This document shows, piece by piece, positions 1 to 7,659 of a stretch of DNA of 25,957 bases. Location: contig DXJF01000152.1 in the NCBI GenBank assembly GCA_019057375.1, positions 1-25,957 of the forward strand. Direction: 5' to 3'. The notes under the pieces were generated by a model. It searched no databases, was not told the DNA's origin, and worked only from the letters and a program-made list of their open reading frames with translations. The DNA comes from Candidatus Heimdallarchaeota archaeon. GTDB taxonomy: Archaea > Asgardarchaeota > Heimdallarchaeia > Heimdallarchaeales > Heimdallarchaeaceae. The position numbers were made by a program, and so were the translations under genes. Numbering within the stretch: position 1 is the first letter of the stretch; each line of letters begins with the position of its first letter.

Positions 1-150
1 CCCTATGCTTGGTTCTGTTGCATACTCAGCTTGATCTCTGAAAATGATCATTTTGAAACCAGATATTGAATGAACCATTTGGATACTTTCAGCATAAAAG
101 CTAGGAACTTCCTCTTTTCTCTCTACTTTAATAGGTATATTTCTACTCAT
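1..150 (-). CDS. Hypothetical protein, N-terminal 50 aa only (runs off the window edge); possibly DUF3467-like
   Basis: Not in the ORF track. Manual translation from ATG at 150: MSRNIPIKVERKEEVPSFYAESIQMVHSISGFKMIIFRDQAEYATEPSIG, open to position 1 and divergent from the EamA gene. 'FYAESIQMVHS..GFKMIIF' resembles the DUF3467 pattern (from memory). Confidence 0.6.
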   Translation of the reverse strand, partial: MSRNIPIKVERKEEVPSFYAESIQMVHSISGFKMIIFRDQAEYATEPSIG

Positions 151-256
151 GACTATCAATCTAAAGGGAGTGAAACACAATAAAAATATATTGTTCTATT
201 AAGGATGTTGGAACAATAAACAAAGGTTTTTGAATAAACTAAGGTTTCTAAATTTA

Positions 257-1237
257 ATGGCTAGCTTTGCAGTAGGAGTTGTATTGTCACTTGTAGCTGC
301 CTTTTCTTGGGGAACATCTATGGTTATTTTCAAAGTAGGTGTAAAAAATGTGGACCCACTTGCTGCTACTTACATAAAGGGACTATTTGCAATTCCTGTT
401 CTGCTAATTATAGGTTTTATAATTGATGGCATATATTCTTATTCAAAACTAATGTCTGGCTTTAATCTCCTTTGGTTGTTTCTTGGAGTTATTTGCTTAA
501 CTTTAGGTGATTTTCTTTCACTAAGTGCTCTTAAAAAAATAGATGTATCAATAGCTCAACCAGTAACTTCGATCTATCCCATCTTTACAACCCTTACTCT
601 TCTAATAGCTAAAATCGAAAATATAACTTGGTTTATAATTGGAGGTACTCTCCTCATATCTTCTGGTGTGATTCTTATTTCTTATTTTTCACGAAAAAAT
701 GACAGGAACAATTTGAAAGCATCTGAAGATTCAATGGAAAGTGATGAGTTTGAGCAAAAAAAGAAAGCACTTCCTATGGGAATATCACTTTCAATTTCTG
801 CAGCAGTTTTTTGGGGAATAGCTATCGTTTTCAATAGATTGATTCTTGAAGATCAAACAATTGAAGTTGTGCCTTTGATGGCTCTGAGAAATGGATTAAT
901 GGTAGTAATAGTTGCAATTTACGCTTTCACAAGATTCTTTATCAATAGGGAGAAATTTAAATCCAAAGTTTTCGCACCTAGAAAAGAAACTTTAATCTTA
1001 ATGGCTGGTGGAACTGTATCATGGATTGGTGGAGGGGTTGTCTTCTTTACAGCTGTTCAACTCTTACAATCAGCAGGTATTACTACACCCATATCTTCAA
1101 TTTCTCCATTAATAGTTATGATTCTAGGAAGTATATTTCTAAAAGAAAAAATAACGCTTCCTCAAGTTCTAGGAGTAATTGTTATAGTTGCAGGATCAAT
1201 TGTACTTTCCATACCAGAACTACTCTTATCTACTTAA
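257..1237 (+). CDS. DMT/EamA family membrane transporter
   Basis: About 10 hydrophobic segments in two repeats (AAFSWG...IFK and AAVFWG...FNR; PISSISPLIVMILGSIFLKEKIT) with a charged central loop. The ORF opens at TTG 230; ATG 257 is the more likely start. Confidence 0.9.
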   Translation: MASFAVGVVLSLVAAFSWGTSMVIFKVGVKNVDPLAATYIKGLFAIPVLLIIGFIIDGIYSYSKLMSGFNLLWLFLGVICLTLGDFLSLSALKKIDVSIAQPVTSIYPIFTTLTLLIAKIENITWFIIGGTLLISSGVILISYFSRKNDRNNLKASEDSMESDEFEQKKKALPMGISLSISAAVFWGIAIVFNRLILEDQTIEVVPLMALRNGLMVVIVAIYAFTRFFINREKFKSKVFAPRKETLILMAGGTVSWIGGGVVFFTAVQLLQSAGITTPISSISPLIVMILGSIFLKEKITLPQVLGVIVIVAGSIVLSIPELLLST

Positions 1238-1293
1238 AAAATAAGAAATAAAATTGGAGTATTTTAATTTCATAGTATTTTGTTCACTAATTC

Positions 1294-1509
1294 TTAATCC
1301 CTTTCTTTCACGATAAAAGCCTTAACAAGCTGCAAAATTGCAATCAAAGCGATTAAGTATCCCCAGAAAGTGAACGTAGTCCACCAAGGACTCATACCAA
1401 AATTGAAAGCTAAATTAAGCCCTATTAAGTTACCAGAATCAAAAACTGAAAGAGCTAAAAACAAAGAAGCAATTGCTTGAAACAGAGAAATTATTCTATA
1501 TCCAGCCAT
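1294..1509 (-). CDS. Small hypothetical membrane protein (71 aa, about 2 TM helices)
   Basis: ATG start, two hydrophobic stretches and a KERD tail, fills an intergenic gap, and has a BRE-TATA-like element about 20-35 nt upstream. Confidence 0.7.
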   Translation of the reverse strand: MAGYRIISLFQAIASLFLALSVFDSGNLIGLNLAFNFGMSPWWTTFTFWGYLIALIAILQLVKAFIVKERD

Positions 1510-1528
1510 GTTAAAAATTGGTTTTCCG

Positions 1529-1544
1529 AAATATAAAAAGCTTT
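1529..1544 (-). promoter_or_regulatory. Archaeal BRE+TATA promoter (AAAGCTTTTTATATTT on the minus strand)
   Basis: Purine BRE followed by TTTTTATA, 20 nt upstream of ATG 1509. An identical 16-mer occurs at 15501-15516. Confidence 0.6.
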
Positions 1545-1592
1545 GTTTATTCTTTTCTGACTTGTAACGTTTCTTTTACTGAAGCTCTTGAT

Positions 1593-2105
1593 TTAATCTT
1601 TTTTCTCAAGAAGTTTGTATTTTTTAGCTAATTTTTCTGCTAATGCTTCTTCCTCTAAAGCATGTTTTTCATCTTTGCTTAATTCTTCAGGTAACCAAGT
1701 AGGTAGTTTTATTTCCTTCTCTTTATAATAAGTTCTAATAGCTCTTCTTAAAGCTCCTACTGCTAAAGACCCACAATGTGTTTTAACTGAAGGTAAACCA
1801 CCTAAAGCATCAGATACATCAGCCCAAGTAATTTTCCATGCTTCTTCAAGAGATTTGTTTTCGATCATAATTGTAAGCTGACTAGCTGCTGCAATGTTTG
1901 ATGCGCATCCATAGCTTTCAAAACTCGATTTAATAATAATAGCATTTTGTTCATTTAGTTTTAGATAGAAAGCTATCATATCTCCACAAGCTGGACTTCC
2001 AGCTGCAGCATAAACAGTCGCATCTTCCATTCTTCCAAGATTTTGGGGATTTTGAAACAATTCAAGAACTCTGGGTGCATAAGGTAAAGGTATTCTACTC
2101 GACAT
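1593..2105 (-). CDS. iscU: IscU/NifU-type Fe-S cluster scaffold protein with a charged C-terminal extension
   Basis: NPQNLG, GSPACGD, YGCASNIAAAS and VKTHCGSLA motifs; all three Cys plus the Asp and His positions are present. Confidence 0.93.
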   Translation of the reverse strand: MSSRIPLPYAPRVLELFQNPQNLGRMEDATVYAAAGSPACGDMIAFYLKLNEQNAIIIKSSFESYGCASNIAAASQLTIMIENKSLEEAWKITWADVSDALGGLPSVKTHCGSLAVGALRRAIRTYYKEKEIKLPTWLPEELSKDEKHALEEEALAEKLAKKYKLLEKKD

Positions 2106-2119
2106 GCTTTATCATCCTC

Positions 2120-3331
2120 TTAAAGTTCGATTCCTCCGGTTATAGATCGGATTCTATTAATGATTTTAGGCATTCTTTCTAGAACATGATTGATTTGGTC
2201 TTCAGTATTTAATCGGTTAATTTTCATCAGTAAACTCCCATGAGCCTCTTCTGGTTTCCTTCCAATTGCAGTCAATATATGACTTGGCATAAGTACTCTA
2301 CTAGTGCAAGCACTACCGCTTGATACATAAATTCCATTCATACTACATTCAACAGTTAACGCTTCTCCTTCACATCCTAAGTAGCTTATATTTACATTAT
2401 CTGGAGCTCTACGTTCTCCTGAAGGACCATTAATCTCAGTTCGTTCAATACTTGTTTGGAGACCATATAATAGTTTATCTCTGAGGTTTTGTGTGTGATT
2501 TTTTATTTCATCGAAACGATTGAATTGAATCTCTACTGCTTTTGCGAAACCAGCTAGAAGAGCAGGATTCTCTACATCCGGGGAAAGAATTTCAAGACTC
2601 AATTGTCCTTCATAAATTGATTTAATTTTTATTCCATCTTTAACATATAATCCTGCAATACCTTTAGGACCTAAGATTCTGTTGCTATTAATTGTAGCTA
2701 AATCAACCTCAACTTTTCCATAATCCAATGGTATTCTTCCAAATGCAGAAGTTGCATCTGTATGGAATAATATACTGTCATCTTTGTCTTTTACAATTTC
2801 CAATGCTTCTTTAACTGGTTGAATTGTACCAATTTCATGATTGATTGTTTGTAAACTTACTAAAAGAGTGTCATTATCAATCTTTTCATGTAAAATATCA
2901 AGATTCATTGTTCCATCATTGGAAACAGGAATAATCTCCACTTTGTACTGATCACCAAACATGGATTTTGCTGTATGAATAACACTCAAATGTTCTGCTT
3001 CTGAAACAATAATCTTTTTTCGTTTTTTATTCATTTTCGCAATTCCTTTAATTGCAAGATTATTAGATTCAGAAAAACTATGTGTTAATGCTAAGGCTTG
3101 AGGATCTATGTTTAAGGGTTCAGCAATTTTTGTTTTTGCTTTCATATAGAAATCAAGAGTTTCCCAACCCATGTGATGTGTTATTGCAGGATTACCAAAA
3201 GTTCTCTCAAGATAAAAGGGGCGCATTTCTGCATATACTTCCTTATCTACGACGGAACCGTTTTCCCAGTCTAGATAAACTTCCTTTTCAGGTGTTCCAT
3301 GCTGTTTCAATAAACCTTCTATGTTCGACAT
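2120..3331 (-). CDS. iscS: IscS/NifS-like (class V aminotransferase fold) protein lacking the PLP Schiff-base lysine
   Basis: FGNP, EHLSV, NHEIGTIQP, HTDAT, GPKG and SSGSACTS..PSH motifs. The canonical SxHK reads NSNR (R218, AGA codon at 2678-2680). Adjacent to iscU. Confidence 0.88.
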   Translation of the reverse strand: MSNIEGLLKQHGTPEKEVYLDWENGSVVDKEVYAEMRPFYLERTFGNPAITHHMGWETLDFYMKAKTKIAEPLNIDPQALALTHSFSESNNLAIKGIAKMNKKRKKIIVSEAEHLSVIHTAKSMFGDQYKVEIIPVSNDGTMNLDILHEKIDNDTLLVSLQTINHEIGTIQPVKEALEIVKDKDDSILFHTDATSAFGRIPLDYGKVEVDLATINSNRILGPKGIAGLYVKDGIKIKSIYEGQLSLEILSPDVENPALLAGFAKAVEIQFNRFDEIKNHTQNLRDKLLYGLQTSIERTEINGPSGERRAPDNVNISYLGCEGEALTVECSMNGIYVSSGSACTSRVLMPSHILTAIGRKPEEAHGSLLMKINRLNTEDQINHVLERMPKIINRIRSITGGIEL

Positions 3332-3336
3332 TAGAT

Positions 3337-3591
3337 TTACTCCAATATTTTGGCAAGAAATTTCTCAATGTGATCTACCTCAGAGAGCATTAACTTTCCA
3401 GTTCTGTAGAAAGATAAGCTAGTTTTATCAAATTGAAACTTTTCAACCATGTTGCCAATTTTTTGTATTAGTTTTCCTTTTTTTGAAATCTTTTCATAGA
3501 CTTCATCAATAGTACCCCATTTGAGCATAACGACATAACTATTGTCTTTTTTACAACTCTCTACTATCGAATCTATATATTTCTGATACAA
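3337..3591 (-). CDS. Small hypothetical protein (84 aa, single Cys), co-transcribed with iscS/iscU
   Basis: Stop lies 5 nt before the iscS start; mixed alpha/beta pattern with SFYRTGKLML near the C-terminus. Confidence 0.75.
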   Translation of the reverse strand: MYQKYIDSIVESCKKDNSYVVMLKWGTIDEVYEKISKKGKLIQKIGNMVEKFQFDKTSLSFYRTGKLMLSEVDHIEKFLAKILE

Positions 3592-3636
3592 AGAATGAAC
3601 TCCTTGCTACACTTCTTACGAAAGTGTAACACTTAT

Positions 3637-4146
3637 TTAATCTTTGTTTTTATCAATTTTTTTCTCTGTTTCCTTTAGCAATATTTTACATTTCCAACAG
3701 AGATAAGTGGGCTTGAGAATTGCTTCTTCTAGATTCTTAGAATATTGCATAACACAGACTTCTTTGCAATGACCCAACCCCAAAATATGACCACATTCAT
3801 GAAGACTTTCCTTTATTTTCATGTTTTCTGATTCTAGTCTAAAAAAAGATACAATACCACCATAAAATTGAGTTGCTAAACCAAATACAAAATTCCTCTC
3901 AGGAACGTATAAATCTTCGTTAACTAGCCAAAGAAAATAAGTTATGTTTTCCTCATCAATCAACATGTTCAGCAATTGTTGACCATTATACTGATTCCTA
4001 GCTTTATTAAAAGTAACAATCTCAAGCTCTCTTCTCTTAATTAATTGGATACCAATTTCATAAGTTATCTTCAATTCTTCGACAACTTTCTCAACTACAT
4101 TATAACTAATAGAAGGATCATGGAATACTGTTAGATTGGGAAGCAT
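3637..4146 (-). CDS. amzA: Archaemetzincin (peptidase M54) zinc metalloprotease
   Basis: HECGHILGLGHC (HExxHxxGxxH+C), CVM Met-turn, LCxxC, RNQY and FVFGLA motifs. Confidence 0.93.
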   Translation of the reverse strand: MLPNLTVFHDPSISYNVVEKVVEELKITYEIGIQLIKRRELEIVTFNKARNQYNGQQLLNMLIDEENITYFLWLVNEDLYVPERNFVFGLATQFYGGIVSFFRLESENMKIKESLHECGHILGLGHCKEVCVMQYSKNLEEAILKPTYLCWKCKILLKETEKKIDKNKD

Positions 4147-4179
4147 GTTTATTATCTAATGTATTCAGCTTGTCGTATA

Positions 4180-5481
4180 TTACTTTTGTGAGGTTTTGCT
4201 TAGTTCATATTTATCCAATAATTGCTTAGAAATAGCATTATCTTCTGCTATTTTACCATACATTCTTGCTGATTCTCTTACAATGCGTTCTTTAGTAGTA
4301 TAATCTATTCCAATCAAACCAAAACGAGGTTCAAAACCTTCTGCCCACTCCCAGTTATCAAGAGAGGACCAGTAAAAGAATCCTTTAACATCAGCTCCGT
4401 TCGATATAGCTTTGTTTACTTCAATTAGATGTGATAGAATGAATTTTTGTCTTTCCTCATCATGTAAAGTAGCCATTCCATTTTCAGTAATATATATTGG
4501 TCCTTTGAATTCTCTTTTAACTCTCATAATATCTTCATAAAGACCTTGGGGATAGATCCCCCACCCCATTTGAGTTGTCTGAATCTGTGAAGGTAATTTG
4601 AAATCGATTCCAGTTGGTATACCAAATTTGAACTTAAAATAAACCGGATCGTAATAATTTAATCCAAAGAAATCTGAAGAGTCTTTTAACCAGTACTTAT
4701 ATGCAAAGGGAATAAATGGAAGTTTGCCCCTTTTTAACGCATTAAACATCACTTGATTGTACGTAAAATCCATCGCTGAAACAATCCATTTTTTCCACAG
4801 CTTACTGTGATATTTTTGGTAAAAATATGGGATTGTTTTGACAATACCAACTTGGCTCTTTGGATTGTGCTCTTTGAGTTTTCTATAAGCTATTCCATGG
4901 GCTTTAATCATATTCCTGTAAACTTTAGTAAAAGCACTCAAAGATTTCTTTCTAGGTGGAAAATCTCCATACAAATACCCTAGTAGAGGGACAACACCTG
5001 GTTCATTAATTGTGTTCCAAAACTCCACTTCTGGAAAATTCTTTGCTAACACTTCACAATAGTGTTGAAAGTATCTTAGATTTTTCGTCTTAAGAAATCC
5101 TCCTTTTCTTTCAAACCAGATTGGAATTGTAAAATGAAAGATATTGATGAATTCAGTTAGGTTATTTTTTTTCAATGATTCTATAACTCGGTGATAATGT
5201 TCAATTTCATCTTCATTTACAACATTTTCTTCTGGAACTATTCTACTCCATTCAATTCCTGTTCTAAGAGCATTCTGATTCAAGCTTTTTAAGAGTTTGA
5301 AATCAGATTCATATAGGTTATAATGGTCGGAGGATTCACCACATCGATCTCCATTCTTTATGACACCAGGAATTTGCTCAAATTCATACCAGTCATTATT
5401 ATAATTATTCCCTTCGACCTGGTAAGCTGATTGAGCTGATCCCCAGAGAAACCCTTCAGGAAAGACCAATTTTTCACTCAT
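4180..5481 (-). CDS. Glycoside hydrolase family 1 beta-glucosidase/beta-glycosidase
   Basis: FPEGFLWG..QSAYQVEG, acid/base INEP, nucleophile ITENG, WSSLDNWEWAEG..PRFGL. Overall similar to the Pyrococcus membrane-associated BGPh type (from memory). Confidence 0.96.
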   Translation of the reverse strand: MSEKLVFPEGFLWGSAQSAYQVEGNNYNNDWYEFEQIPGVIKNGDRCGESSDHYNLYESDFKLLKSLNQNALRTGIEWSRIVPEENVVNEDEIEHYHRVIESLKKNNLTEFINIFHFTIPIWFERKGGFLKTKNLRYFQHYCEVLAKNFPEVEFWNTINEPGVVPLLGYLYGDFPPRKKSLSAFTKVYRNMIKAHGIAYRKLKEHNPKSQVGIVKTIPYFYQKYHSKLWKKWIVSAMDFTYNQVMFNALKRGKLPFIPFAYKYWLKDSSDFFGLNYYDPVYFKFKFGIPTGIDFKLPSQIQTTQMGWGIYPQGLYEDIMRVKREFKGPIYITENGMATLHDEERQKFILSHLIEVNKAISNGADVKGFFYWSSLDNWEWAEGFEPRFGLIGIDYTTKERIVRESARMYGKIAEDNAISKQLLDKYELSKTSQK

Positions 5482-5583
5482 CAATCAGATGATTCTAAGA
5501 TTTCTATTTAAATGTGCAGTAGATATAAACTGTAAACACCTCAGAACAAAACCTTGATAAATAAAATTACTCTTTTAAAACCA

Positions 5584-6753
5584 ATGCTTCAAGAAAACTG
5601 GAATATTCTAATGGTTGTTCTAAGTACGGTTGCTCCTGATGTAAGGGTAGAGAAGGAAGCAAGGTATTTGGCAAGTAAAGGACATACAGTGACAGTGATT
5701 GGTACAAATCCTAAGGGTAATTTGGATAATGAAGAAAAACGAGATGGGTACACTATTCTTAGAGTTCCAAGCTCAAAGAAACTTTTTTTCAAGTATTTCG
5801 AATTCTGGAAGAATGTTAAAAATCTTGTTGGTAAGAATCAGTATGATATTATTCATCTTCATGATCTAAATGTTCTTCCTTTAGCAACAAGATTGAAGAA
5901 AAATGCAAAAGTATTAGTCTACGATAGCCATGAGAACTTTCCAGAGCAGATGTCAGAAACTTTTGGTTTTCTTGGTTTGTGGGGTTATAGCTGGGTAGAG
6001 AGATACTATATCAAAAGGGTTCAAGGTATTGTTACAGCAGGAATAACTTATTCTGAAAACATTAAAAGAAAATACAAAGTCGAGAGTTCATGGATTGCAA
6101 ATTATCCTTCTAGAAAAGATGTGGAAGCTGCCCACAAGAAAAACATTCCAAAGGAGTACACTACAGATAAGAAGTTCAGAGTTGTACATTTTGGTGTAAT
6201 GTATCATAATTTGGGTTATGATAAGACTGTTGAAGCAGCAAAAATATTAAGTGAAAAATTCAAAACGATTGAACTTGAATTCCTAGTTATGGGGTCAGGA
6301 ACATCCTTAGAACCAATGGAACAATTAATAGAGAGATATAATCTTTCTAAGTACTTTAAAGTAACTGGATGGATGAATTACTTGGATGCTCTTTCTATTA
6401 TGCGTAGTTGTGATGTGGGATTAATATTATTTCAACCTGGAAAGAACAATTTCTTGAGAATACCTAATCGGTTGTATGAATATTGCTCTGCAGGTGTCCC
6501 ATTTATCGGCTCAAATTTTGAAGGATTACAGAGAGCTACTTTGGGAATAGATAATCTTGGGATACTAATTGACCCAACTTCCCCTCAGGAAATAGCTGAT
6601 GCAATCATTATACTCATGCAAGATCATGAGAGGTTGGAAAATATGAAGAAAACTGCTTCAGAAATATACAAGAATAAGTTCAATTGGGAAAAAGAAATTG
6701 TCAAAATAGAGGAAAAATACAAAGAAGCATTCCTGAAATTAAAAGAAAATTAG
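5584..6753 (+). CDS. Glycosyltransferase family 4 (GT-B fold)
   Basis: NILMVV..D.RV.KEA.YLA..GH.V.V, YDSHE and PNRLYEY..AG.PFIGS..EG motifs. The ORF opens at TTG 5554; ATG 5584 is preferred. Confidence 0.92.
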   Translation: MLQENWNILMVVLSTVAPDVRVEKEARYLASKGHTVTVIGTNPKGNLDNEEKRDGYTILRVPSSKKLFFKYFEFWKNVKNLVGKNQYDIIHLHDLNVLPLATRLKKNAKVLVYDSHENFPEQMSETFGFLGLWGYSWVERYYIKRVQGIVTAGITYSENIKRKYKVESSWIANYPSRKDVEAAHKKNIPKEYTTDKKFRVVHFGVMYHNLGYDKTVEAAKILSEKFKTIELEFLVMGSGTSLEPMEQLIERYNLSKYFKVTGWMNYLDALSIMRSCDVGLILFQPGKNNFLRIPNRLYEYCSAGVPFIGSNFEGLQRATLGIDNLGILIDPTSPQEIADAIIILMQDHERLENMKKTASEIYKNKFNWEKEIVKIEEKYKEAFLKLKEN

Positions 6754-7601
6754 AACCTACGAACAACATTGTATATTTGTTCTTCTACCAATTTAGCTTT
6801 TTCCTTTACCTCAGAAATATCTGTTACTCCTTCAAAGAATTTATTCAAAATATTTTTAATTTTATCAATTCCATAAACTAATTCCGAATATTCCGCGGGA
6901 TAACCCAAAGCTACGATACAGTAATCAACACCTCTGAATCTAGGATCTTTTTGGTTTTTGTCACTCACTACGTAGAGAAAGCTAGTGGCATTATATTGTT
7001 TCATTTTTGGTATTTTTACTGGACCAGAAATAGTTCCAGATTCAAGCATTTCAAGTTCCCCCATACCAAAAATAGTGAAAAGTAGAACCCCTAAAGCTAG
7101 AATAACAGTTTCTCGAACATTCTCATATTCACTAGGGATTTTTTCAATGTAAATAGGATCAGTTCCAGAATCTCCAAATCTAAAGAAAGAAACAAAAATC
7201 TTATCCAAATCATACTTCGACTCTACTTTGGTTACTTTATCGATAACATTCGGGATTTGGTTAAAGAATCTACCTCTCTTCACAATATAATTAGAAGCTC
7301 CTAGTTTCATTGCACTTACTGCAACTTCTTCAGATCCTTGACCTGTTATCATTATAACGGGTATCTCTGTTACTTGCCTGATTTCTTCAAGTATTTCCAA
7401 ACCTGTCGAATTAACCAGCAAATAATCAAGTAATATCACATCAACATCATAATTCATATCTAATAAAAGAGCTAGAGTTTCTTCTTTTGTTGTAGTAATA
7501 AATACTTCTGCTTCTGGATAAGACTTTAAAATATTTACTTTAATAAGAAAAGCTATATCATCATCGTCTTCACAGAGAAGTATTTTCAGATTACTTGTCA
7601 T
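6750..7601 (-). CDS. Response regulator receiver domain fused to an uncharacterised (possibly longin/uDENN-like) C-terminal domain
   Basis: REC motifs intact: EDD(11-13), phosphoacceptor D59, T86, K108. Residues ~133-283 show no HTH or enzymatic motif. Confidence 0.88.
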   Translation of the reverse strand: MTSNLKILLCEDDDDIAFLIKVNILKSYPEAEVFITTTKEETLALLLDMNYDVDVILLDYLLVNSTGLEILEEIRQVTEIPVIMITGQGSEEVAVSAMKLGASNYIVKRGRFFNQIPNVIDKVTKVESKYDLDKIFVSFFRFGDSGTDPIYIEKIPSEYENVRETVILALGVLLFTIFGMGELEMLESGTISGPVKIPKMKQYNATSFLYVVSDKNQKDPRFRGVDYCIVALGYPAEYSELVYGIDKIKNILNKFFEGVTDISEVKEKAKLVEEQIYNVVRRF

Positions 7602-7622
7602 TAGAGATACTCCATGCTTACG

Positions 7623-7649
7623 TATAGTTACTTTTATTTTATAGTTACT
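7623..7649. repeat. Perfect 10-bp direct repeat TATAGTTACT (7623-7632, 7640-7649) upstream of the response regulator
   Basis: Read directly from the sequence; 17-bp period in a 58-bp intergenic gap. Confidence 0.6.
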
Positions 7650-7659
7650 ATTGTATCAA

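Noticed and set aside
1021-1251. 76-aa + strand ORF
   Set aside because: Alternate frame overlapping the EamA gene; no recognisable motif.
3082-3393. 103-aa + strand ORF
   Set aside because: Antisense shadow of iscS and the small ORF.
5589-6881. ORFs 5589-5792 (-) and 6684-6881 (+)
   Set aside because: They overlap the well-supported GT4 and response regulator genes; no protein-like features.
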